Below the pieces are notes generated by a model, which made no database searches, was not told the DNA's origin, and saw nothing but the letters and a program-made list of their open reading frames with translations. From Eubacteriales bacterium (GTDB lineage Bacteria; Bacillota; Clostridia; Oscillospirales; CAG-272), in NCBI GenBank assembly GCA_045593965.1, contig JAZNXP010000124.1, positions 1-53,002 of the forward strand: DNA of 53,002 bases, read 5' to 3'. The position numbers were made by a program, and so were the translations under genes. Of the stretch, positions 9,031-18,474 are shown in pieces. The first letter of the stretch is position 1; each line of letters opens with the position of its first letter.

Positions 9031-11367
9031 TTATTTGCTTTGAATACCGTAGACTGTTTTTCCAACCTTGAGAGCCTCGGTCACGCTTCCGTTTTCCAAT
9101 GTGTATCCGTCAGGCAGGATCAGCGTGCCGTGACAGCCGTCTGGGACCGTGACGGAGAGGGTGTATCCCATGTCGGTCTGCTTCCACGCGCATTCGAGCT
9201 TGCCGCCCATGTGGTTCTGCCAGCCCTCGGCGTGCGTGAGTGTGCGGATGAAATTGGGGGAGATCTCGATCTCGCTTACGTCCTTTGCGTTCGGATTGAT
9301 CTTGACACCCGTGACGTATTTGAAGAACCAAGAGCTGATGTCGCCAAAGAAATGGTGGTTTTTGGAGTTGGGAACGTCGGTCTCGCGCTGGAACGCCTCA
9401 AAGAGAGCGGTGCAGTTCTCATGCACGATCCAATGACCGTAGGACGGGAAGTCGGGGCGAACGATCATGTTGTACGCCAATTCCGCGTATCCGCGCTTGG
9501 CAAGCACGTGGAAGATGATGCGCGCGCCGAGACAGCCCGTGTCAAGGTGTCCGTCGGCTTCGTTGATGACGTCAAGGAGGACTTGGAAGGCTTTTTCTTG
9601 CTCCTGCTCGTCAAGAAGTCCGAATTCGATCGCCATGCATTGCGCGGTCTGCGTTCTGCTGCGCACGGTCATGGTAGCGGTGTCCAGAAGCTCGGCTCTG
9701 GCGGCGGCGGAAAGCTCGCCAAACAGTCCGTCGGCAAATTGCTTTTGCAACTTCATTCCCACGGCGTCGAACATCGCGCTCGCAAGACGGCAGAGGTTCA
9801 TGGTGACCAAGGTGTCGGTCACCTCAAGAGGCGTCATCGGATTTTTGTATTCAATGGGGAGCCAGTCGCCAAGACCGATGTGGAGCAGTCCTTTTTCATC
9901 CCGACGGGTGGAAATATAGTGCAGATAACGCATCATCGCGGCGGCGTTCTCGCGGATGATGTCGGTATCTCCTCTTTGCAGCCAAGTATAATAGGGCAGA
10001 TAGAACAGGACGGAATCCCACGCGGGACCGTTGCCCCAATCAAAGCCGTAGTAGCCCGAGGTGGGAACTACGCCCGGGAGCGCACCATCGATGCGTTGCG
10101 CCTTGCGAATGTGATCCAGCCAGACGTGGAAGCTGTTTTCGGGTGTCAGATTGAACAGCATCTGCTCCGCGGAGAGCGCGGCATCCGCCGTCCAGCCGTT
10201 CTTTTCGCGGTGGGGACAGTCGGTGGGAAAGTAATAGAAATTGGAAATATCGGCGTTGCAGGTTGCCCTCTGGAGCTTGTTTGCGATCTCGTCCGAGCAG
10301 GAAAAATCGCCGTTCTTTTGCAGATTGGAGCTCATGACCTCGTACGTCAACAGCTCCTTGGTTGCCTGCTCCTTGGTGATACCCGAAACGAGACAGTAAC
10401 GGAAGCCCTGATAAGTAAAGGTGGGAGCGTATTCCTCAACACCCTCGCCCTTGAGGGTATAGACCACGCGATGCTCGTAATTCGTGGGCTGGAATTTCAT
10501 ATTGCGGTCATCCATGTCTCCGTCGGCGTTGAGCAATTCACCGTGCAGGATGGAGATGACCTGTCCCTTTTCTCCCTTGATACGCAAACGGATGTTGCCC
10601 GCGAGGTTTTCCCCGAAATCGTAAAGATACCCTATGCGATATTCTTCGGGGAGCGGAATGGGAGAACCGAATTCCTCTTGCATTGGCTCGGGGAAAAAGC
10701 CTTCTTCAAAAATCACGCGCTTGTTCGGTGTGATCGAGATGGGGGCGAGCCTTTTTTGAATCACGATCGGCTCGGCGGTGCAGAGCTTGCATTCGCCTCT
10801 CGGTGCTTCCGCTTTGATGGCGTTTTTCCATGACGTGTCATCGAAATCGGGCAAATTCCAGCCGTCGATCTCAAAATTCGCATCGTAAAACTCACCCATG
10901 CGCAGATCGTCAAAGCGGATGGGGGAAGGGTGTACCTTGAACGTCTCGTCCGCTTGGATGCAAGCTGTTTCACCGTCCGCATAGGTCAATTCCAAAGCCA
11001 GTGCCACCTTGGGAGCGGAGAGGTAGCGCGCGTTTTTCATATACCAGATTGAGCCGCCCATGCAGTTGAGCATACCGTTTCCGAGCAAGATGCCGATGAC
11101 GTTCTTGCCGTCCGTCAGAAGCTCGGTCAGATCGTATTCATCATAGAAAAGAATTTGGTCGGGGTTGGAGACGTAAGGTGCGATCAAGCCCTTGGTGATG
11201 CGCTTGCCGTTGATAAACAGCTCGTAAAAGCCCAAGCCGCAGATCGTGATCTTTGCATGCGCGAGCGGCTTTTGCAGGGAAAAGCTCTTGCGGATATACG
11301 GCGCGGGGACGTGGTCAAAAACTGTGCAATGGTTCTTGGTCGCACAAATAAAATTCGTGGAAAACAT
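9031..11367 (-). CDS. Alpha-L-rhamnosidase (GH78)
   Basis: 778 aa. The N-terminal block APYIRKSF...GLGFYELFINGKRI, the central GDWLP and the C-terminal FGDISSWFFKYVTGVKINP are typical of bacterial GH78 rhamnosidases. No signal peptide. An AGGAGG RBS is present. Confidence 0.85.
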   Translation of the reverse strand: MFSTNFICATKNHCTVFDHVPAPYIRKSFSLQKPLAHAKITICGLGFYELFINGKRITKGLIAPYVSNPDQILFYDEYDLTELLTDGKNVIGILLGNGMLNCMGGSIWYMKNARYLSAPKVALALELTYADGETACIQADETFKVHPSPIRFDDLRMGEFYDANFEIDGWNLPDFDDTSWKNAIKAEAPRGECKLCTAEPIVIQKRLAPISITPNKRVIFEEGFFPEPMQEEFGSPIPLPEEYRIGYLYDFGENLAGNIRLRIKGEKGQVISILHGELLNADGDMDDRNMKFQPTNYEHRVVYTLKGEGVEEYAPTFTYQGFRYCLVSGITKEQATKELLTYEVMSSNLQKNGDFSCSDEIANKLQRATCNADISNFYYFPTDCPHREKNGWTADAALSAEQMLFNLTPENSFHVWLDHIRKAQRIDGALPGVVPTSGYYGFDWGNGPAWDSVLFYLPYYTWLQRGDTDIIRENAAAMMRYLHYISTRRDEKGLLHIGLGDWLPIEYKNPMTPLEVTDTLVTMNLCRLASAMFDAVGMKLQKQFADGLFGELSAAARAELLDTATMTVRSRTQTAQCMAIEFGLLDEQEQEKAFQVLLDVINEADGHLDTGCLGARIIFHVLAKRGYAELAYNMIVRPDFPSYGHWIVHENCTALFEAFQRETDVPNSKNHHFFGDISSWFFKYVTGVKINPNAKDVSEIEISPNFIRTLTHAEGWQNHMGGKLECAWKQTDMGYTLSVTVPDGCHGTLILPDGYTLENGSVTEALKVGKTVYGIQSK

Positions 11368-11468
11368 CGGGCTCCTCCTTTTTTATATGGTGGATTTTTT
11401 GAAGTACGTAACAGGACTCTTTTAATTGCATTATAACATACGCAAAGCGTGTTCGCAAGGGGGATTTT

Positions 11469-12218
11469 TTACTTTTTGGGAGACGGTTTTGCACTCATGG
11501 ATACGCGTTTTGGGGAGATCCCGTAAGCGCGTCGGAACATGGTGGAAAACTGCGCCGAGTCCGAAAAGCCGCAAAGATACGCGATCTCGGTGCAGTTTTT
11601 TGAGGAGCTTTCCAGCATCAGCTTCGCTTGCTCCAATCTTTTGGAGATCAGATAGCTCTGCGGAGACGTTCCGTAGGCATCCTTGAAGCGATGTCGAAAG
11701 TAATCGTAGCCGTAACCGCAGCTTTTGGCAAGATCGGGAAAGCTGACGTCGGTATGATAGTTTTCATCCAAAAAACGCTTTGCGAGCGCAAGCTCGTTTT
11801 GCGGAATGCGCTTTTGCTTCTCACGCCGTCGCAAAAGCAGCACCAGCTCGTCCGTCAGCAGGGATATCATCTCCGTGCTGTCCGCAAGATGCAGACGCGC
11901 CTCTCGCAAAAGACGCTCGACTGTTTGTCTGATCAAGGGCTCTTCATCCTCGTAAAAGACGCATCCGTCGTCCAATTCAAGCGTTGTATCAAAGCCAATA
12001 CAACTAAGATTTGCGTCCTGAAGATGCCGCTCGTCGTGGAGCGTGTTCGGTGGAATCAGGGCGAATGTGTTTTTGGAGAACGCGTATTGCTTTTCTCCAA
12101 TCACGGTCTCGCCATTGCCGTTTTCATACCACACAAGCTCCCAACAGCTGTGTGAATGAGACGCAATATATTGATTTTTCTTCTTCTCGGAGGAAAAGAG
12201 AAAGACGATCGCGGACAT
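11469..12218 (-). CDS. AraC-family transcriptional regulator
   Basis: 249 aa. Cupin-like N-terminus and an AraC HTH C-terminus (FPDLAKSCGYGYDYFRHRFKDAYGTSPQSY ... IAYLCGFSDSAQFSTMFRRAYGISP). It is the first gene of the minus-strand rhamnosidase operon. Confidence 0.85.
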   Translation of the reverse strand: MSAIVFLFSSEKKKNQYIASHSHSCWELVWYENGNGETVIGEKQYAFSKNTFALIPPNTLHDERHLQDANLSCIGFDTTLELDDGCVFYEDEEPLIRQTVERLLREARLHLADSTEMISLLTDELVLLLRRREKQKRIPQNELALAKRFLDENYHTDVSFPDLAKSCGYGYDYFRHRFKDAYGTSPQSYLISKRLEQAKLMLESSSKNCTEIAYLCGFSDSAQFSTMFRRAYGISPKRVSMSAKPSPKK

Positions 12219-12376
12219 ACGTTCTCCTTTTTGCGCGGTTCTTTATGAACGGTTTTCTTCAGTATAACATACTTTTTCCGAAAAAACCACAAAATACAAA
12301 AAATAATTTCATTTTATAAAAGATTTTTTTGCAGCGTCGGAGTATAGTAAGAAAAAAACGAAAGGACTTTTTTATT

Positions 12377-13282
12377 ATGAATTCATATCTGCTGCCCACC
12401 GTCCCCACAGGTCGCGTTGACGTGGTGCTGGACACCGATGCGTATAATGAGATCGACGATCAGTATGCCATTGCGTATCTGCTCCGCTCGGAGGAAAAGC
12501 TGAACTGCGTTGCCATGTATGCGGCTCCCTTCTCCAATAGCCAAACGCGTGTGAGTGAGGGTATGGAAAAAAGCTACGACGAGCTGCTCAAGATCCTGCG
12601 GCTTTGCGGTAGAGAGGAGATGATTCCCGTTTGCTGTAAGGGCTCGGACAACTACCTTGAGAATGAAAGCACCCCCGTGATCTCGGATGCGGCACGGGAT
12701 CTTGTGGCACGCGCGAACGCGCATTCGACGGAGGATCCGCTGTACGTGGTTGCGATCGGCGCGATCACGAACGTTGCCTCCGCGCTTCTGATCGATCCTG
12801 CGATCGCGGATAAGATCGTGGTGGTCTGGCTCGGCGGTCACGCGCTCCATTGGAAGGACACGAAGGAATTCAATATGTTTCAGGACGTTGCGGCGGCGCG
12901 CGTGGTATTCTCCAAAGCCACGCGTCTGGTCCAGCTTCCGTGCATGGGCGTGGTGTCCTCGTTCACCGTCAGTCAGCCCGAGCTGGAAGCATATCTGATC
13001 GGCGTCAATCCGCTGTGCGATTATCTTGCAAAAAACACCGTACGGTATGAAAAACAATGGAATGAAGGACGCCCTTGGGCAAAGCAGATCTGGGACGTAA
13101 CTGCGGTCGCGTGGTTGCTCAATGAAGGGGATCGCTTCATGGAAGCGATCCCGATGCCCGTTCACATGCCCGAATACGATCATCGCTACGGACTTCCCGC
13201 GGGAAATCAATGGATGCTCTACGTCCGTCACATCAACCGTACGCTTCTGCTGGAGGATCTGCTCAATAAGCTGCGAAAATAA
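12377..13282 (+). CDS. Nucleoside hydrolase (inosine/uridine-preferring family)
   Basis: From ORF 12329..13282. I start it at MNSYLLP (ATG 12377). The N-terminal DXDXXXDD motif VVLDTDAYNEIDDQYAI is the IUNH Ca-binding signature. Confidence 0.8.
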   Translation: MNSYLLPTVPTGRVDVVLDTDAYNEIDDQYAIAYLLRSEEKLNCVAMYAAPFSNSQTRVSEGMEKSYDELLKILRLCGREEMIPVCCKGSDNYLENESTPVISDAARDLVARANAHSTEDPLYVVAIGAITNVASALLIDPAIADKIVVVWLGGHALHWKDTKEFNMFQDVAAARVVFSKATRLVQLPCMGVVSSFTVSQPELEAYLIGVNPLCDYLAKNTVRYEKQWNEGRPWAKQIWDVTAVAWLLNEGDRFMEAIPMPVHMPEYDHRYGLPAGNQWMLYVRHINRTLLLEDLLNKLRK

Positions 13283-13322
13283 GAAAAATCGCGATACGTG
13301 TACGCTTTTTTGCGGTTTTCTA

Positions 13323-13351
13323 TAGACAAATCGAAAAAAATATGATACAAT
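13323..13351 (+). promoter_or_regulatory. Putative sigma-A promoter of mgsA
   Basis: TAGACA (13323-13328), 17-nt spacer ending in TGa, then TACAAT (13346-13351). Confidence 0.45.
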
Positions 13352-13403
13352 ACGAGCAGAAAACCATACGCAACGCTTCTCTCAAGAGAACGAAGGAGGA
13401 ACC

Positions 13404-13787
13404 ATGAAAATTGCATTGATCGCACATGATAAAAAGAAGGACGCGATGATCTCGCTCGCCATCAAATATAAAGACGTGCTCGCGCAGCACGAGCTTTGCG
13501 CCACGGGTACGACGGGTACGCTCGTCATGGGAGAAACAGGGCTGAAGATCACGCGTATGAAGAGCGGCCCTCTCGGAGGAGATCAGCAGATCGGCTCCAT
13601 GATCGCCGAGGGGAAGCTCGATCTGGTCCTGTTCTTGCGTGATCCGCTGACGGCACAGCCGCACGAGCCCGACGTTTCGGCACTTCTGCGCCTTTGCGAC
13701 GTGCAGAACATTCCGCTCGCGACAAACGTCAAGAGCGCCGAGATCATGCTTGATTGCCTTTCCAACGGCGGTTTTGCAACCGTATAA
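13404..13787 (+). CDS. mgsA: Methylglyoxal synthase
   Basis: 127 aa. [20 protein letters not shown] and [10 protein letters not shown] motifs. A GGAGGA RBS is present. Confidence 0.93.
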   Translation: MKIALIAHDKKKDAMISLAIKYKDVLAQHELCATGTTGTLVMGETGLKITRMKSGPLGGDQQIGSMIAEGKLDLVLFLRDPLTAQPHEPDVSALLRLCDVQNIPLATNVKSAEIMLDCLSNGGFATV

Positions 13788-13810
13788 AATTTGAATCGGT
13801 ACGCTTGAGA

Positions 13811-13844
13811 AGCGGGGAACCTTCGGGATTCCCTGCTTTTTTTG
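13811..13844 (+). terminator. Intrinsic terminator after mgsA
   Basis: Stem gcggggaa (13812-13819) / ttccctgc (13829-13836, one G-U pair), 9-nt loop, then T7 (13837-13843). Confidence 0.7.
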
Positions 13845-14115
13845 CTTCTCTCTCGGAAAAAAGATAAAAATTTACAATTTCGACACGCATCCACCACAGT
13901 TTTGCAAGCAAGTAAAATTTTTTGTGATTTTTCACATTTTTAAGCGGCGAATTTCGTTCTTTTGTCCAAAACGCGTTTTTGACGATTGCTTAAAGAACTG
14001 CTCTTTTGAGAAATTTTCAAAACGGTATGCGTTATTTCGCCTGTTTTTGAATTTTGAAACGAATGTGAGATTGTATATAGAGACTCATTTTATAAAAAAG
14101 TGTCCGAATACTTGA

Positions 14116-14144
14116 TTGCCAATTTACAGATATTCAAGTAAAAT
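14116..14144 (+). promoter_or_regulatory. Putative sigma-A promoter at the head of the propeller island
   Basis: TTGCCA (14116-14121), 17-nt spacer, TAAAAT (14139-14144), about 100 nt upstream of the first lipoprotein gene. It sits inside a 457-nt AT-rich intergenic region. Confidence 0.4.
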
Positions 14145-14244
14145 ATTATATATTATAGTATATCTTTTCAAGCAATGAAAAAAAGACGGCAATGTCGGGC
14201 GGTTAAATGACAATGATGACCGTCAAAACAAGAAAGGAATTTGT

Positions 14245-15609
14245 ATGGGAAAAAACATCGCAAAAATGGCAATCTGCTTGCTTTTGTCCCTGACCTGCAT
14301 TCTCAGCGCGTGTGACAAGGGCTCGTCCGAGGATGAGCTGTTCGGCACGACCGCCGAGAAGAAAACGCAGGTGACCACGCAAGCGACCACCGAGGAGCCA
14401 AAGGCTGAGGTTCCCCATCTGGTTCCCGAGATCTTAGAAGAAAACACCAATCTGGTCATCGGACGCTTGAGCGAGCCCGTTGTCCGTCAGATCACGGATA
14501 AGATCAGCATCGATCTTCAGTATCAGGGCTGGCCCACGATCTGCGCGGGAGACGGCAACACCGTTTACGCGGCATCCTCCGTCCGCATCGGACACATCGA
14601 CCCGTTCGGCTGCATCGGCTTCTATAAGAGCGAGGACGGCGGACAGACCTGGTCGACCGTCAAGATCATTGCCGATACGCCCATCGATGACCGCGACGCG
14701 GGCATTGTTTATCTCGGTGGCGGCAAGATCCTGGTCAGCTGGTTTACGCACAACATTTCGAACTATATGCAGGGCGGACAGTATTACAATGACTGGAATA
14801 AGAAGGTCACGGATGAGCAGCGCGTTGCGGCGTTGAAGAAATTCGCCGAGCTGGATTATGCCGATCAGCAAGCGGCTTCCTACGTTATGCTCTCCAAGGA
14901 CTACGGTGAGACGTGGGATGAGCCCGTGAAGGTTCCTGTTTCCGCGCCTCACGGTCCTACCTTGATGCAGGACGGCAGAACCCTGCTTTATTTCGGAGAC
15001 CCCCACAACCCCAAGGGAATGGGCATTACCGATATGAAGCAGCACCACTACTATGCATACACCAGCCGCGATTACGGTAAGACATGGAACCGTTTTGCAG
15101 AGCTGAAGATTCCTTACACGAGCACGCAGACGTTTGACGAGCCGTATATGCTTCAGTTGCAGGACGGTACCTTCATTGCGGGTATCCGCGGTCACGTCAA
15201 CGAAGACAAAGAAGAGAACGGAAACGCCGCTTTGCGCGTCTTTATCTCGCATTCGGAGAACGGAAAGGTATGGGATGAATTCAAGGAGCTGGAAGGGACG
15301 GTCGGAACTCCTCCGCATTTCTTCCAGACAAAGGAAGGCGTTCTGATCCTTGCGTATTCTCACCGTCTTGAGCCGTGCGGCGCGCGCGGACGCATCAGCT
15401 ACGACAACGGATATACGTGGAGCGATGAATTCATCATTTCCGTTGTTGACGGCAGAAAGAGCGATGACCTCGGATATGCGTCAACTACGCAGCTGCCCGA
15501 CGGAACGCTTCTGACGGCTTACTACCAAAACTATTACTCGGGTGATAAGTATCGTTCTCTCCTCTATACCCGTTGGAGATTGGTAGATCCGAATGAAGCA
15601 ACGAAATAA
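14245..15609 (+). CDS. Lipoprotein L1: Thr-rich tether + sialidase-like (BNR/Asp-box) beta-propeller
   Basis: 454 aa. Lipobox ILSA|C. Four clear Asp-boxes: SEDGGQTW, SKDYGETW, SRDYGKTW and SYDNGYTW. Invariant family blocks are QYQGWP, SVRIGHIDP, DTPIDDRDAG, APHGP, DEPY..IR and GTPPHF. Confidence 0.8.
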   Translation: MGKNIAKMAICLLLSLTCILSACDKGSSEDELFGTTAEKKTQVTTQATTEEPKAEVPHLVPEILEENTNLVIGRLSEPVVRQITDKISIDLQYQGWPTICAGDGNTVYAASSVRIGHIDPFGCIGFYKSEDGGQTWSTVKIIADTPIDDRDAGIVYLGGGKILVSWFTHNISNYMQGGQYYNDWNKKVTDEQRVAALKKFAELDYADQQAASYVMLSKDYGETWDEPVKVPVSAPHGPTLMQDGRTLLYFGDPHNPKGMGITDMKQHHYYAYTSRDYGKTWNRFAELKIPYTSTQTFDEPYMLQLQDGTFIAGIRGHVNEDKEENGNAALRVFISHSENGKVWDEFKELEGTVGTPPHFFQTKEGVLILAYSHRLEPCGARGRISYDNGYTWSDEFIISVVDGRKSDDLGYASTTQLPDGTLLTAYYQNYYSGDKYRSLLYTRWRLVDPNEATK

Positions 15610-16975
15610 TCGGAAAACACGGTTTTTCGCGGTTCTGCTGACGTGCCTTTTGCTGTCGGCTTCCATTCTTCTCGGTGCTTGTAACGAGGGGGCGGGGGAT
15701 GACCCGCTGTTTTCCACGGAAGCGACCGCAAGAAGAACGAATGCGACACGGGCGACCTTGGCAACGGAGGCGGTTGACGATACTCCTATTCCGCACCTGA
15801 TTCCCGAAATTTTGGAAGAGAATACCAACCAAGTGATCGGGCGATTGAACACGCCCGTTGTACGGCAGATCAACAGTAAGATCGATATCAAACTTCAATA
15901 TCAGGGCTGGCCGACGGTCTGCGCGGGGGATGGAGATACGCTTTACGCAGTCTCCTCCGTCCGCCTGACGCATATCGATCCGTTCGGTTGCATCGGCTTT
16001 TACAAAAGCGAGGACGGCGGTAAGACATGGTCTGACGTCGAGATCATCGTGGATACTCCCATTGACGACCGTGACGCGGGGATCGTATATCTTGGAAATA
16101 ACCGCGTGCTCGTCAGCTGGTTCACACATGACGCTTCGAATTACATCGAGGGCGGCGAATGGTATGAGTCCTGGGCAAATCATAAGGACGTATCGAAGTC
16201 TCAACGCGATGCGGTTTTGAAAAAGCTTGCCAATCTTCCCGCCGCGGAAAAGCAGGCAGGATCGTACGTCATGCTTTCTCCCGACGGCGGAAAAACGTGG
16301 GAAATGCCCGTGCAGGTTCCCATTTCCGCACCGCACGGACCTACGCTGATGCGTGACGGAAAGACCTTGATCTATTTCGGAGATCCGCACAACCCGTCCG
16401 CCTGCGGAGAGGTCGGGCTGAACAGCAATCGGTATTACGTCTATATCAGCCCCGATTTTGGAAGGACTTGGGTGCAGAGGGCATCTCTCGGGCTTCCGAC
16501 AGTCAGTGGCTTTCGGTATGACGAGCCTCATATCCTGCAGCTGCGGGACGGCTCCTATATCGCCGCGATCCGAGGGCAAAAAATGAACGGAAGCAGCGAT
16601 TCCCTGTGTTGCTTCATCTCGCATTCGTCCGACGGGCGAAAGTGGAGCAATTTTGAAGCCTTGAAGGGAACGGTCGGCACACCTCCGCATTTCTTCCAGA
16701 CCAAGGAAGGAATTCTTGTGATCTCATATTCGTACCGTCTCGATCCGTGCGGTGCGCGCGGACGTATCAGCTACGACAACGGATATACGTGGAGCGATGA
16801 GATCATATTTTCACGGTCGGATACGCCATGGGACGGCGATCTCGGCTATGCCTCCACAACGCAGCTTTCCGACGGTACCATGATTACCGCTTACTATCAG
16901 AAAAAAGAAGAGGATACATATTGTTCGTTTCTCTTTACCCGATGGAGATTGGTAGAGGAGAACGAGGCAACGTAA
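15593..16975 (+). CDS. Lipoprotein L2, paralog of L1
   Basis: 460 aa. Lipobox LLGA|C. The start overlaps the L1 stop by 17 nt. In the 80-aa block from (I)xLQYQGWP to SWFTH, 65 of 80 residues are identical to L1 by my manual count. Confidence 0.8.
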   Translation: MKQRNNRKTRFFAVLLTCLLLSASILLGACNEGAGDDPLFSTEATARRTNATRATLATEAVDDTPIPHLIPEILEENTNQVIGRLNTPVVRQINSKIDIKLQYQGWPTVCAGDGDTLYAVSSVRLTHIDPFGCIGFYKSEDGGKTWSDVEIIVDTPIDDRDAGIVYLGNNRVLVSWFTHDASNYIEGGEWYESWANHKDVSKSQRDAVLKKLANLPAAEKQAGSYVMLSPDGGKTWEMPVQVPISAPHGPTLMRDGKTLIYFGDPHNPSACGEVGLNSNRYYVYISPDFGRTWVQRASLGLPTVSGFRYDEPHILQLRDGSYIAAIRGQKMNGSSDSLCCFISHSSDGRKWSNFEALKGTVGTPPHFFQTKEGILVISYSYRLDPCGARGRISYDNGYTWSDEIIFSRSDTPWDGDLGYASTTQLSDGTMITAYYQKKEEDTYCSFLFTRWRLVEENEAT

Positions 16976-16985
16976 AACAAAGGCA

Positions 16986-18446
16986 ATGAACCGTAACAAA
17001 AAGAAAATTTTAACCCTGCTGATCTGCATGATGCTTACCGTATCGGTATTTCTCGGCGCATGCGACAGCAACAAGCAAGGAAACAACGAGACCACCAAGG
17101 CAACGACCGAAGCGACTACGGGAGAAACCACCGAAGCAACAACAGAGACCACCGAAGTCACCACCGAAGCCACGACCGAGGCTACGACCGAGGCAACGAC
17201 GGCGGCGACCACGGCTCCACCCGAGCCCGTGGATCCATCGGAGCTTGTCAACACCCTGTTGGTGAACAGGCTGGAGATCAATCAGGCGGTCGGACATCTG
17301 AACACCCCCGTGGTACGGGAGATCGCCAACGGTGTGACGATCGATCTGCAGTATCAGGGCTGGCCGACGGTCTGCGCGGGAGACGGTAACACGCTTTATG
17401 CGGTTTCCTCCGTTCGCTTGACGCACATCGACCCCTTTGGATGCATGGGATTTTACGAAAGCCATGACGCGGGAAAAACGTGGTCCGAGGTGCGGATCAT
17501 TGTGGATACTCCCTTGGATGACCGCGATGCGGGCATCGTTTATCTCGGCGACGGAAAGATCCTTGTGAGCTGGTTCGTACATGCCGTGGACAATTACATT
17601 GAAAAAGGCGGTTGGTATTCCAACTGGTGCAACATGGTCAGCGAGGAGCAAAGGGTGACTGCTTTGGAAAAGCTGAACGGACTTTCCAAGGAAGAGAAGC
17701 GTTCCTGCTCCTACGTGATGCTTTCCAACGACTACGGCAAGACGTGGGATGAACCCACGAAGGTCCCCGTTTCCGCTCCGCACGGTCCCACGCTGATGCA
17801 GGACGGAAAGACCTTGATCTATTTCGGAGATCCGCACAATCCTTCTCAATGCGGAGAGACGCTGGAAAGCGGATATTTCTACTTCTACACCAGTACCGAT
17901 TACGGAAAAACATGGACGCGGTTTTCCCGCATCCAGACTCCGCTTTCGGTCGGAATGTATTTTGACGAGCCGCACGTGCTTCAATTGCAGGACGGTTCCT
18001 TCATCGCGGCGATCCGCGCGCAGGAGGTGGATGGAGGCGGAGATACTCTGCGGTGCTATATTTCCCGTTCCGAGAACGGACGCTCCTGGACACCTCTGAC
18101 CGCGCTTGACAAAACTGTGGGAACCCCTCCGCATCTGTTCCAATCCAAGGAAGGTGTTCTGATCCTTTCCTACGGTGACCGTGTCAACCCCTGCGGTGTG
18201 ATGATCCGCTTTAGTCTTGACGGCGGCGTAACGTGGTCTAAAAAAGAGGTTCAGCTCTGCGTTTCCGTCACTCCCTCCAACGGAGACCTCGGATATGCAT
18301 CCACCGTTCAGCTGGCGGACGGAAGCTTTATCACGACCTATTATCAGAAATACGATCAAAACGATACCTACTGTTCGCTGCTGTACACGCATTGGAGCTT
18401 CAGCGGACTGGATCGGATCGAAGAACTGTTATCCCAAGCTCAATAA
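16986..18446 (+). CDS. Lipoprotein L3, paralog of L1
   Basis: 486 aa. Lipobox FLGA|C. Long (TTEA)n tether. Same motif set as L1 (SHDAGKTW, SNDYGKTW, STDYGKTW, SLDGGVTW). Lies 10 nt after L2. Confidence 0.8.
   Translation: MNRNKKKILTLLICMMLTVSVFLGACDSNKQGNNETTKATTEATTGETTEATTETTEVTTEATTEATTEATTAATTAPPEPVDPSELVNTLLVNRLEINQAVGHLNTPVVREIANGVTIDLQYQGWPTVCAGDGNTLYAVSSVRLTHIDPFGCMGFYESHDAGKTWSEVRIIVDTPLDDRDAGIVYLGDGKILVSWFVHAVDNYIEKGGWYSNWCNMVSEEQRVTALEKLNGLSKEEKRSCSYVMLSNDYGKTWDEPTKVPVSAPHGPTLMQDGKTLIYFGDPHNPSQCGETLESGYFYFYTSTDYGKTWTRFSRIQTPLSVGMYFDEPHVLQLQDGSFIAAIRAQEVDGGGDTLRCYISRSENGRSWTPLTALDKTVGTPPHLFQSKEGVLILSYGDRVNPCGVMIRFSLDGGVTWSKKEVQLCVSVTPSNGDLGYASTVQLADGSFITTYYQKYDQNDTYCSLLYTHWSFSGLDRIEELLSQAQ
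17091..17216 (+). repeat. Imperfect 12-nt tandem repeat encoding the (T-T-E/K-A)n tether of L3
   Basis: Encodes TTKATTEATTGETTEATTETTEVTTEATTEATTEATTAATTA, from repeated accaccgaagc/acgaccgaggc units. Confidence 0.7.
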
Positions 18447-18474
18447 CAAGAATTTTTGAAAGGAATTTTTAACC

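Noticed and set aside
14005-14065. A possible CcpA cre site (TGWAANCGNTNWCA) within the TTTTGAAA-type repeats.
   Set aside because: The best candidates (tgaaacgaatgtga, tcaaaacggtatgc) break the central CG spacing or the TG start of the consensus, so they are not convincing.
13924-14115. A 63-aa ORF in the AT-rich leader before L1, and other small ORFs at 13744..13935(-) and 14203..14459(-).
   Set aside because: They have no RBS, a Phe/Lys/Asn-rich composition typical of AT-rich non-coding DNA, and they overlap the predicted promoter region.
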